Source: Gemmatimonadota bacterium (GTDB lineage Bacteria; 4572-55; J002). From it: DNA of 50,755 bases. The position numbers and the translations under genes were made by a program. Location of the stretch: contig RFFQ01000102.1 in NCBI GenBank assembly GCA_003697105.1, positions 1-50,755 on the forward strand. The letters run 5' to 3'. Each line of letters begins with the position of its first letter. Position 1 is the first letter of the stretch. The notes below the pieces were generated by a model, which ran no database searches, was not told the origin of the DNA, and was given only the letters and a program-made list of their open reading frames with translations. Shown here one piece after another: positions 18,460 to 27,346 of this stretch.

Positions 18460-19704
18460 ATGCCGACACCCCTTTCTGAACAGCACCTTATTTATGATTG
18501 GAATGAATGCCATCGAGCGGCGGTACAGGTGAATTCCATTGAATTGGTTGATGAAACTCTGCGTGACGGGTTGCAATCCCCTTCTGTAACCGACCCCACT
18601 ATTGAACAAAAGATCAAATTAATACACTTAATGGTCGAACTGGGTATTGCAGGAGTGGATTTAGGGTTACCGGCATCAAGTTCGCGCGCCCTCGCGGATG
18701 TGATCAGTCTGGGACGGGAAATCGTGGACCAAAAACTACCGCTGCGTCCGTATTGTGCCGCCCGAACGCTAAAATCGGATGTCCGGGCAATCCTCCGCGC
18801 TTCCGATAAAATCGGCAAACCGTTGGAAGCGGCGTTGTTTATTGGTTCAAGCCCTATCCGGCAATATGCTGAAAATTGGACTCTCGACCAACTTTTGCAC
18901 CACACGGAAGAGACCGTTACATATGCGGTTAAGCAGGGGTTGCCGGTGATGTTCGTGACTGAGGATACAACCCGCTCGCATCCAGACACACTCCGGCAGT
19001 TGTATAGCACCGCCATTGAATGCGGTGCCCGGCGAATCTGTATCGCGGATACTACCGGCCATGCCAGCCCCCACGGCACCCAGCAGATTATTGCATTTAT
19101 CCGGCAGATCGTCGCGGAAAGCGGTGAAGCGGTCAAAATCGACTGGCACGGTCACCGGGATCGGGGCTTAGCTGTTGCCTGCTCCATTGCCGCGGTGGAA
19201 GCCGGGGTAGATGCCGTCCATGGCACCGGCTTGGGCGTTGGGGAACGCTGTGGCAATACGCCGCTGGAATTGCTCTTGATCAATTTCCGCCTGTTGGGTT
19301 ATATTGATAACGATTTATCACAATTGAACAACTATTGCCAACTCATTGCCAGTGCCTGCCAATTGCCGGTACCGGTCAACACACCGGTTGTGGGTAAGGA
19401 TGCCTTCCGGACGGCAACAGGCGTACACGCTGCCGCACTCATTAAAGCGATGGAAAAAGGGCATCATTGGTTAGCGGATCGCGTCTATTCGGCTGTTCCG
19501 GCAAGCTGGGTGGGGCGGGAACAAGGGATCGAAATCGGGCCCATGAGCGGTACATCCAATGTGATTTATTGGCTGCGAACGCACGGTTATGGCGCCGAAA
19601 GTAAATTAGTAGAGCAAATTTTCCGCGTTGCCAAGCACTATAATCACACCCTTAGCGACGAGGAAATTTTAGCGATTGTCCGCTCTGCTCAAATGTGGGT
19701 TTGA
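18460..19704 (+). CDS. leuA: LeuA-family DRE-TIM acyltransferase (2-isopropylmalate synthase-like, no regulatory domain)
   Basis: DETLRDGLQ, HGHRDRG metal motif, GVGERCGN, AFRTATGVH; only 414 aa. Confidence 0.75.
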   Translation: MPTPLSEQHLIYDWNECHRAAVQVNSIELVDETLRDGLQSPSVTDPTIEQKIKLIHLMVELGIAGVDLGLPASSSRALADVISLGREIVDQKLPLRPYCAARTLKSDVRAILRASDKIGKPLEAALFIGSSPIRQYAENWTLDQLLHHTEETVTYAVKQGLPVMFVTEDTTRSHPDTLRQLYSTAIECGARRICIADTTGHASPHGTQQIIAFIRQIVAESGEAVKIDWHGHRDRGLAVACSIAAVEAGVDAVHGTGLGVGERCGNTPLELLLINFRLLGYIDNDLSQLNNYCQLIASACQLPVPVNTPVVGKDAFRTATGVHAAALIKAMEKGHHWLADRVYSAVPASWVGREQGIEIGPMSGTSNVIYWLRTHGYGAESKLVEQIFRVAKHYNHTLSDEEILAIVRSAQMWV

Positions 19705-19776
19705 GGGGGGATTTCACAATGGTCAGACTAAAACTTTTAATTCTATCAAAATATTTAGGAAGTCTATCGCCAGAAT

Positions 19777-20574
19777 ATGCCAGAGCTACCCGAAGTTGAA
19801 ACTATCGTCCGGGAACTCCGCCAACCGCTGGTGGGGCGTACTTTCACCCAAGTAATTGTCCGCTGGGAAAAGACGATCCAAACACCGGTTGCGGAATTTA
19901 AGCACAATCTGCCGGGCAAACAAATTGAGTCAATCCGGCGACGGGCAAAATATATCTGGTTTCATTTGTCCGGTGGATGGTCGCTGTTTATTCATTTGAA
20001 AATGAGTGGGAATTTGCAGGTATTACCCGTTTCTACGCCTTGCGAGAAGCATGTTCATACTATTTTGAGGCTGGATAACGGCCATGAGGTACGGTTTAAG
20101 GATACACGCAAGTTTGGTCGAGCTTATTTGACGCGCGATCCGGAGACGGTGACAGGACATCTCGGACCGGAGCCCCTCGCCGACAATTTTACCTTGGCAG
20201 ACTTTAAGGCGCTGTTTCACCGCAAAAAAGGGCGGTTGAAACCTTTATTGTTGAATCAAGCATTTATCGCCGGTTTAGGTAACATCTATGCCGACGAAGC
20301 CTGCCATGATGCGGGAATTCTCCCCAACCGTACCGCTGATACCCTCTCTGCCGTAGAATTAGAGCGGCTGTATCACAGCATCCGTAAGGTGCTGAATCAC
20401 GGCATCATGCACCGGGGCGCCACGTTTGATGAGGTCTATCCCGGTGGTAAATTTCAAAACTTTTTTCAGGTGTACGGGCGTACCGGTGAGCCGTGCCGCA
20501 CCTGTGACCAACCCGTTGAGCGGATTGTCCTCAGTAGCCGCTCCACGCATTTTTGCCCGAATTGCCAGAGGTAA
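19777..20574 (+). CDS. mutM: Formamidopyrimidine-DNA glycosylase / AP lyase
   Basis: MPELPEVET, HLKMSG, DTRKFG, GLGNIYADE, C4 zinc finger CRTC...CPNC. Confidence 0.97.
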   Translation: MPELPEVETIVRELRQPLVGRTFTQVIVRWEKTIQTPVAEFKHNLPGKQIESIRRRAKYIWFHLSGGWSLFIHLKMSGNLQVLPVSTPCEKHVHTILRLDNGHEVRFKDTRKFGRAYLTRDPETVTGHLGPEPLADNFTLADFKALFHRKKGRLKPLLLNQAFIAGLGNIYADEACHDAGILPNRTADTLSAVELERLYHSIRKVLNHGIMHRGATFDEVYPGGKFQNFFQVYGRTGEPCRTCDQPVERIVLSSRSTHFCPNCQR

Positions 20575-20577
20575 CCG

Positions 20578-22326
20578 ATGGACCGTTTTGTATTGCAACA
20601 GATTACTCAGGAACTCCGAACAACCCTGTCCGGTATGCGAATCACGAACCTGAGCCACGTGGATCAAAATACCGTGCAACTGGGGTTTTCCGGCGGGCTG
20701 TCCGCCATCCTTTCAATTGACCCGAACTTGCCGCGCCTTTACCAAACCACAGCAACACTGGAAGCCACCGGAAAGCGAACCCCCTTTACATCAAAACTGG
20801 AACATGCCCTATTGGGGGCAACGCTGACGGAAATCTCCATGCAAGAGACCGACCGCATTGTGGAGTTCTTAGGGGAACGGGTCAATAAAATTGGTGTGGT
20901 GCACCGCTTTCGACTGGTCTTTGAGATCATGGGGCGGATGTGTAACCTCTTGTTGGTTGACCCTAAAGAACATCAAATTATTGATTGTCTGAAACGATCC
21001 GAGCGAGGGGGGCGACGTCAATTTCCGGGGGAACCATACCAGTTTCCAAGCCCACCCTCGGGAATTTCCATTGCCGGTTTGGAACGAGACCAACTTCAAA
21101 CCGAATTAGAACAGCGACCCACCCAGACCATCCGTTCCGCTTTGATGCAGGCGGTGCAGGAATTTTACCCGCAACTGGTTGATGAGATATTGTATCAAGC
21201 GCAGGTGGATAAAGCCCGGCGAGTAGAGGCGTTAACGGTGCGACAGTGGTCGCAGGTGATGGAAGCGACCATGGCGTTCATCAATCGAATTCATTCGGGA
21301 CAGTTTGAACCCACAATCATGGTGGATGCACACGATAAATTGATTGCCCTTTCGGCGTTTCCGTTGCATCATGTGGGGGAGGTTGCTCGGTCCTTTCCCA
21401 CCATGAATGCCGCTGCCGAGACCTTTTACCAGACCACTCAGGCGCAATTCATGGAGGCAGAATTGCGCCGCCAGTTACAACATATTATTGAGAAGAACAT
21501 CCAAAAATTGGAAGGGCTAAAACACCAGCTTGAAATCGACCTAAAACAAGCAGAAAATGCCGCTGAATTTCGCTTAAAAGGGGAGTTGATCACCGCCAAT
21601 CTGCATCGCCTCAAACCGGGGTTGAAGACCGTTCGTCTGCCAAACTATTACGAACACCCGCCAGTAGAGCTTGAGATCGAACTTGACCCCACGATCAGTC
21701 CGCAAAAAAACGCCGACCGGTATTTTCGGAAATACCGCAAAGCTCGGGATGGGCGGGAGATTATCGCGGCTCGCCGGATTGAAATCAAAAAGAGTTTGCA
21801 GGAGTGGAACCAATTTCGTAACGAGCTTGAACAGGCGATTCATCTTTCCGATTTGCAAGTGTTAGAAGCAAAATTGAAACGCGGGGGTGAAATTCGACCC
21901 AAAGATGAGCGCCGCCGACGTAAAAGTAAAAAGTCATTGGAAGAAGTCATCCGTCCCCACCAATATACCACGTCAGAGGGGTGGACTGTGCTGGTTGGAC
22001 GCAACAACACCGAAAACGATGTGTTGACCTTGCATATTGCCCGGAAAAACGATATTTGGCTCCACGCCCAAGGTGTGCCGGGTTCGCACGTGGTGTTACG
22101 CCGGGACGGGCGACGCGAGATCAGTCCTAAGGCATTGGAAGAAGCCGCCGCGATCGCGGCATTCCATAGCCGGGCAAAGCATTCTGAGCATGTACCGGTG
22201 ATATACACGGAGCGCCGGTATGTGCGCAAACCCCGTGGCGCCGCGCCGGGACAAGTCACGTGCTCGCAGGAAAAATCGATTTTTGTGAAACCAAAGCGAC
22301 CAACCGTCGGAGCAAATCGTGACTGA
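20578..22326 (+). CDS. rqcH: Ribosome quality-control protein RqcH (NFACT/FbpA family)
   Basis: DRIVEF, FEIMGRMCNLLLV, KGELITANL, NADRYFRKYRK, VGRNNTEND, WLHAQGVPGSHV, VRKPRGAAPG. Confidence 0.92.
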   Translation: MDRFVLQQITQELRTTLSGMRITNLSHVDQNTVQLGFSGGLSAILSIDPNLPRLYQTTATLEATGKRTPFTSKLEHALLGATLTEISMQETDRIVEFLGERVNKIGVVHRFRLVFEIMGRMCNLLLVDPKEHQIIDCLKRSERGGRRQFPGEPYQFPSPPSGISIAGLERDQLQTELEQRPTQTIRSALMQAVQEFYPQLVDEILYQAQVDKARRVEALTVRQWSQVMEATMAFINRIHSGQFEPTIMVDAHDKLIALSAFPLHHVGEVARSFPTMNAAAETFYQTTQAQFMEAELRRQLQHIIEKNIQKLEGLKHQLEIDLKQAENAAEFRLKGELITANLHRLKPGLKTVRLPNYYEHPPVELEIELDPTISPQKNADRYFRKYRKARDGREIIAARRIEIKKSLQEWNQFRNELEQAIHLSDLQVLEAKLKRGGEIRPKDERRRRKSKKSLEEVIRPHQYTTSEGWTVLVGRNNTENDVLTLHIARKNDIWLHAQGVPGSHVVLRRDGRREISPKALEEAAAIAAFHSRAKHSEHVPVIYTERRYVRKPRGAAPGQVTCSQEKSIFVKPKRPTVGANRD

Positions 22327-23140
22327 AGAGCAGGCGTACCAGAGCATCTTAAATAAAGTACGGGACATTGTGCGGTATGACTGCACCCAATACAAAGAAA
22401 AATGCCTGCGACGACGCCTTACGGTGCGGATGCGAGCACATCACGTAACCACATTCGAGGATTATCTGGAAATTTTAGAGCGTAATCCGAACGAATTTCA
22501 GGAATTAAAACGTGTATTGACCATCAACGTCAGCCGCTTCTTCCGAAATAAATCGGTCTTTGATTATATCTTCCAGCACCTTATGCCGGATATTATGGAA
22601 CAAAAAAGACGGTCGCGCTCCCGCTGTTTACGGTTTTGGAGTGCCGGATGTGCCGGGGGGGAAGAACCCTACTCCTTAGCAATTATGTTGCACCAGTTTT
22701 ATCCCTATGTGTTCAGCCGTTATGACCTCAGCATTGTGGGCACAGATATTGACGAAGAAAGTTTGCAACGTGCCCGAACCGGTGTTTATGATGATATGGC
22801 AATGGAGGAAGTCCCCGCCGAGTGGATAGACCGCTATTTTGAAGGAAAAAAACAGTATCGCCTGATTCCCACCATCAAAGAGAAAGTCACCTTTCAGATT
22901 CTGGATTTAGTGCAGGATGCGGCTTTGGAGCCGTGCGATTTAATTTTGTGCCGCAATGTGATGATCTACTTTGGGCGCGAACTTCAAGAAAAGGTTTTTA
23001 ATAAATTGGCAAATGCACTTCTGCCCGGCGGTTACATCGTTTTAGGCAAAACCGAAACGACCATCGGTTTTCATACCGAACCGTTTATAAAATCCGTGAA
23101 TTTACGCGAACGGATTTACCAGCGACAAGACCATCGCTAG
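22319..23140 (+). CDS. cheR: Chemotaxis protein-glutamate O-methyltransferase
   Basis: TINVSRFFRN, WSAGCAGGEEPYS, GTDID, DLILCRNVMIYF, LGKTE. Confidence 0.95.
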   Translation: MTEEQAYQSILNKVRDIVRYDCTQYKEKCLRRRLTVRMRAHHVTTFEDYLEILERNPNEFQELKRVLTINVSRFFRNKSVFDYIFQHLMPDIMEQKRRSRSRCLRFWSAGCAGGEEPYSLAIMLHQFYPYVFSRYDLSIVGTDIDEESLQRARTGVYDDMAMEEVPAEWIDRYFEGKKQYRLIPTIKEKVTFQILDLVQDAALEPCDLILCRNVMIYFGRELQEKVFNKLANALLPGGYIVLGKTETTIGFHTEPFIKSVNLRERIYQRQDHR

Positions 23141-23153
23141 AAAAGAGGGAAAC

Positions 23154-23630
23154 ATGGCACTTACAGTCCGAATATCAGATATTCAAGTGGCGAAAGCACC
23201 GGAAATTCTCGTCACCTACGGCTTAGGGTCGTGTATTGCACTGATGCTCTACGACCCGCTGGAACAGATCGGGGGTATGAGCCATTACATGCTACCGGAT
23301 TCTACCACGATGAGCCGCCGTCGCCCAGAAGCCTATGCCGATACCGCACTCGTATTGCTGAAAACGAAGCTTCTACACTTAGGCGGGTCCCCGGCCCGCT
23401 TACGCGCCAAGATCGCCGGTGGCGCCAGCATGTTTGCCGATATTTTCCCAAATCCGGCACTGAGCATGGGCAACCGCAACATTGAAGCCGCGCATACCTT
23501 ATTGCGTGAACACAATATACCGCTCATGGCGGAAGATGTCGGTGGGATTATCGGTCGCTCCGTCTATTTTGATGTGGCTACTGGCAAGGTCCGCATCCGG
23601 TATGTCTCACGGGAAGAAACGACCATTTGA
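23154..23630 (+). CDS. cheD: Chemoreceptor glutamine deamidase
   Basis: TYGLGSCIA, SHYMLP, YADTA, AKIAGGASMF, EDVGG. Confidence 0.95.
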   Translation: MALTVRISDIQVAKAPEILVTYGLGSCIALMLYDPLEQIGGMSHYMLPDSTTMSRRRPEAYADTALVLLKTKLLHLGGSPARLRAKIAGGASMFADIFPNPALSMGNRNIEAAHTLLREHNIPLMAEDVGGIIGRSVYFDVATGKVRIRYVSREETTI

Positions 23631-23639
23631 GGTAGGTGC

Positions 23640-24728
23640 ATGACGAAAAAGACGGCTCCGATTCGGGTACTGATTGTCGATGACTCGCTGTTTATGCGAA
23701 CGCTGTTGACCGAGATCATCAAAAGCGATCCGCGTCTGATCGTCGTCGGGACGGCGAAAGATGGCTATGAAGCTATTGAAAAAGTCACCCAACTCCACCC
23801 GGATGTGATCACGATGGATGTAGAAATGCCCAACTTAGATGGGCTACAAGCACTCGGATACATCATGAGCGAGTGCCCCACGCCGGTCGTGATGCTGAGT
23901 GCCCACACCCATGCCAATGCTGAGGTCACGTTTAAAGCGCTCGATTATGGCGCCGTCGATTTTGTCCCCAAACCGGCTGGGAGTATCTCTTTGAATATCA
24001 AAGAGATCAAACCGATGTTGATTGATAAGTTGGTCGTAGCAAGTCACGCGGATATTACCAAAATACCCCTCCGGGTGGATGCCCCCCATATTCCGTTCAA
24101 ATCTACGAAACGTGCCGCACCCACTCAGCGAGACCACCTCACTTCCACAATATCAACGGTTGTTATTGGGGCTTCCACTGGAGGCCCCCGGGCACTCACC
24201 GATATTTTGACCGCCCTACCGGGATATTTACCCGTTAGTATCGTGGTGGTACAACACATGCCGCCAACGTTCACCCACTCTTTTGCCAATCGCTTGAATG
24301 CGATCAGTGAATTGGAGATCAAAGAGGCGGAAGCGGGCGATTTTCTACAACCGGGGTACGTTTACGTCGCTCCCGGCGGGTTTCATCTAGAACTGGAAGC
24401 CGCCGCCGGTGGACACCGTATCACCCTTAACCGTAAGCCCGCTTTGCACGGTGTCCGCCCCTCTGTGGATATAACGATGACCTCTGTGGCGGAGCATCTG
24501 GGACCCGCCGTGTTGGGTGTTTTGCTGACCGGAATGGGCAAAGATGGTGCGAAAGGTATCCAAACGATCAAGAAAAAAGGGGGAAGAACCCTCGCCCAAA
24601 ATCAAGAAACCTCGGTGGTGTTTGGGATGCCACAAGCCGCGATTGCGACCGGTGCTGTCGATAAAATAGTGCCTTTGTCTGAAATGGCGAAAGAAATTGT
24701 AACCACTATCAAACAGAAACACACATAA
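23640..24728 (+). CDS. cheB: Chemotaxis response regulator methylesterase
   Basis: REC (VDDS, TMDVEMP, FVPKP) plus methylesterase triad GASTGG, QHMP, GMGKDGA. Confidence 0.97.
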   Translation: MTKKTAPIRVLIVDDSLFMRTLLTEIIKSDPRLIVVGTAKDGYEAIEKVTQLHPDVITMDVEMPNLDGLQALGYIMSECPTPVVMLSAHTHANAEVTFKALDYGAVDFVPKPAGSISLNIKEIKPMLIDKLVVASHADITKIPLRVDAPHIPFKSTKRAAPTQRDHLTSTISTVVIGASTGGPRALTDILTALPGYLPVSIVVVQHMPPTFTHSFANRLNAISELEIKEAEAGDFLQPGYVYVAPGGFHLELEAAAGGHRITLNRKPALHGVRPSVDITMTSVAEHLGPAVLGVLLTGMGKDGAKGIQTIKKKGGRTLAQNQETSVVFGMPQAAIATGAVDKIVPLSEMAKEIVTTIKQKHT

Positions 24729-24741
24729 ATACGGAGGATTT

Positions 24742-25965
24742 ATGGCGATATCATCTTCTGCTTTACGTCTCAGTAGTCGAATAGCAATGATTTTCATCGG
24801 GTTGGTTTATGTGGTGGCTGGTGCCGTCAAAGCAATAGAACCGGTCGTGTTCGCATATGAAATTCAGGCGTTTGCAGAAGTATTGGTTCCGGCAATTGAG
24901 AGTGCCGATGCCCAAGTGTGGTATTTATATGCCGCTCTGTTGATGATTGCGGTGGAACTTTTGCTCGGGCTGGCATTGATCATTAATTATCGTTCCAATG
25001 TGACGATCCCGCTTGCCGGTATCATAATGCTCTTTTTCATCATTATTTTGATTAGTGCATGGGATCAGGTGGAAAACTGTGGCTGTTTTGGTTCGCTGTT
25101 TGATCGCACACCGGTACAGTCGGTGATTGAAGATGTCATTTTTCTGGGCGTGATCCTTCTGGCGTGGTTTGGGCGGCGCGGGATGCCCGTCGTGCATACC
25201 AAACTTCAGGCGTATACGCTACTAGGGATGTTTTGTGTCGCTGTTTTGGCGCCGCTTTATTTTGTTCAACATCCGAACTTTTTAGCAATTTTAGAAGAAG
25301 GGATGGATTTATCTCAAGAATTACAGGAGCAGGTGTCGGATATCCGGCAGTATGCGCTCACCCCGCTGGACACAACTCAAGTGGATAGCACCGTCCAAGA
25401 TACCACCCGCTATCTTCCGTTACGGTTCCATGACCCGGTCAAAAATGAATGGATTTTCCTGAAATTAGCACATTACCCGACGGCAGTGGATACGATGAAT
25501 TTAGCCCAAGGGGAGTATCTGATTTTCTTGATCAGTCCCACTTGCGAACATTGTCGGGCATCGGTGCCGGTTATCAATCAATTGTATATGATGTATCACG
25601 CCGGCATTTTACCGGTGCGGGTGGTGGGGCTGTTCCGCTCGTTACCGCCGGCTCGACCTGAGATTGCCGCCCGGGAAAAAGACCAACGCCAGCGGTTTCG
25701 GATGGGGCGCTATCGCGATGAAAACGGAAATTGGAGTCAGGAAGACCGCTATGGCTTGCTCCATGAAAGTGCGCTGTTCCCTATTGGATACCTCGACCGG
25801 AAGTTACACGCGGATTTAGCCCGGCAAGTTCCGCGAGTGTTCACGGTCTCCAATGGGATTGTCGGGCATATTTGGGATGACATCCCCACTTTTGCCGATT
25901 TGGCTGAGGTATATCCCACTTTAAATCCCTATTTACAGGCGTTTCAAGCCTCCAATACCCAATAA
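24742..25965 (+). CDS. MauE/DoxX membrane domain fused to a thioredoxin-like domain
   Basis: TM helices with AGAVKAIEP and NCGCFG; C-terminal SPTCEHC (CxxC) and QVP cis-Pro-like motif. Confidence 0.75.
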   Translation: MAISSSALRLSSRIAMIFIGLVYVVAGAVKAIEPVVFAYEIQAFAEVLVPAIESADAQVWYLYAALLMIAVELLLGLALIINYRSNVTIPLAGIIMLFFIIILISAWDQVENCGCFGSLFDRTPVQSVIEDVIFLGVILLAWFGRRGMPVVHTKLQAYTLLGMFCVAVLAPLYFVQHPNFLAILEEGMDLSQELQEQVSDIRQYALTPLDTTQVDSTVQDTTRYLPLRFHDPVKNEWIFLKLAHYPTAVDTMNLAQGEYLIFLISPTCEHCRASVPVINQLYMMYHAGILPVRVVGLFRSLPPARPEIAAREKDQRQRFRMGRYRDENGNWSQEDRYGLLHESALFPIGYLDRKLHADLARQVPRVFTVSNGIVGHIWDDIPTFADLAEVYPTLNPYLQAFQASNTQ

Positions 25966-25978
25966 AATGAGGTTTCGG

Positions 25979-26602
25979 ATGAGCAAAATTCACGTGGTTG
26001 ACCATCCCCTGTTGCGACATTCTCTGACGATTATCCGGGATAAAACAACGAATACGGATGATTTTCGTCGCCATACGGCAATTGTCTCTCAAATTATGAT
26101 CATGGAGGCGACCAAGTCCCTTAAAACGTTTCCGAAACGCATTGAAACCCCTTTAGCACCGATGGACGGGCACGAGATACAGAAATCGATCGTCTTTGTG
26201 CCGGTATTGCGGGCAGGCATTTCGATGCTTTTTCCGGCACGGGATTTCCTGCCGTGGGCGTCTGTGGGGTTCATTGGTTTGGAGCGGGATGAAGAGACGG
26301 CAATCGCCCGCGAATACTATCAAAAATTCCCGCCTCATTTGGCAGAAAAACTGGTATTGGTGCTAGACCCCATGCTGGCAACCGGCGGCTCCTTTGCGGA
26401 TACCATTTCGGCTCTCAAAACAAAGGGCGCAAAAACGATCAAAGCGGTCTGTATTGTGGTGGCACCAGAAGGGGTTGCCCATTTACAACAACAGCATCCC
26501 GACGTGGATATTTACACGGCGGCGCTGGACTCCCATTTAAACGAGAAAAAATACATCGTACCCGGTTTGGGTGATTTTGGAGATCGCTATTTTGGGACGT
26601 AA
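25979..26602 (+). CDS. upp: Uracil phosphoribosyltransferase
   Basis: VPVLRAG, VLDPMLATGGS, YIVPGLGDFGDR; start at MSKIHVV. Confidence 0.97.
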   Translation: MSKIHVVDHPLLRHSLTIIRDKTTNTDDFRRHTAIVSQIMIMEATKSLKTFPKRIETPLAPMDGHEIQKSIVFVPVLRAGISMLFPARDFLPWASVGFIGLERDEETAIAREYYQKFPPHLAEKLVLVLDPMLATGGSFADTISALKTKGAKTIKAVCIVVAPEGVAHLQQQHPDVDIYTAALDSHLNEKKYIVPGLGDFGDRYFGT

Positions 26603-27317
26603 ATCCGAAAGACGCCGGTGGGTACACCGGTGTTTCTTTTTTTCGTTGATGCTGGTTGGGTTCGCTTGTAGCGGGGATGATAGCTCCGTACCGCCCGCCG
26701 AGATTATCGTCACGTCACCCCTTCCCCAGACGGTCGTGTGGGATGTCGTAGAGATCACCGTCGAGGTGGAAAATGATGTGCCGGTGGAGCGGGTCGATAT
26801 CTTTATTGATGACTATTTTCTGGGACGAGACCAGACCGAACCTTTTCAGTTACAATGGGATACCAATGTTGTACCCTCCAAAACCTACAGTGATCGCTCG
26901 CATACTATCAGTATCAACGCCGTAGATCTGCGTGGCCATTTCATTCGCACCGAGGTACCGGTCAATGTTCGCCGGTTTACCAAAACGAATGCCGAAGGGG
27001 CGATTATTGGACCCCCCGATCCCAACGATTGGTGTAGTGGTGAGATCGGATTATGGGCCTACCCCAATCCGGCTCGAAATACGGTCAATTTTCAATTGGG
27101 ACTCACTCAGGAAAGTCTTGTCCAGTTAGAAATTGTTGATCTTGAGGGACAACCGGTTCGTATTCTCATTGATGACGAACCCATGAGCGCCGGTCAATAT
27201 CTCATCCGGTGGGAGGTGAACCGCGATGATGTTGTTGTGCCGGCGGGGATGTATCGCGCCATTCTAACAACCGCAGAAGCACATTGTTATGGTGATATTG
27301 TTGTGGTGAAAGATTAA
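26571..27317 (+). CDS. Lipoprotein with Ig-like (Big_7) domain and FlgD-Ig/T9SS-CTD-like C-terminus
   Basis: Lipobox VGFA-C; VERVDIFID...PFQLQWDT; YPNP...LEIVDLEGQPVRIL...AGQYLIRWE...AGMY. Start uncertain; TTG 26592 with GGAG upstream is also plausible. Confidence 0.7.
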   Translation: MILEIAILGRKSERRRWVHRCFFFSLMLVGFACSGDDSSVPPAEIIVTSPLPQTVVWDVVEITVEVENDVPVERVDIFIDDYFLGRDQTEPFQLQWDTNVVPSKTYSDRSHTISINAVDLRGHFIRTEVPVNVRRFTKTNAEGAIIGPPDPNDWCSGEIGLWAYPNPARNTVNFQLGLTQESLVQLEIVDLEGQPVRILIDDEPMSAGQYLIRWEVNRDDVVVPAGMYRAILTTAEAHCYGDIVVVKD

Positions 27318-27346
27318 CATGTTAGCTTGTTTTCAGGGAACGAACG

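Noticed and set aside
18492-19136. 214-aa antisense ORF, and similar shadow ORFs such as 10110-10634, 34502-34999 and 21840-22259
   Set aside because: They lie opposite well-supported genes and show no motifs or RBS; they are codon-bias shadows.
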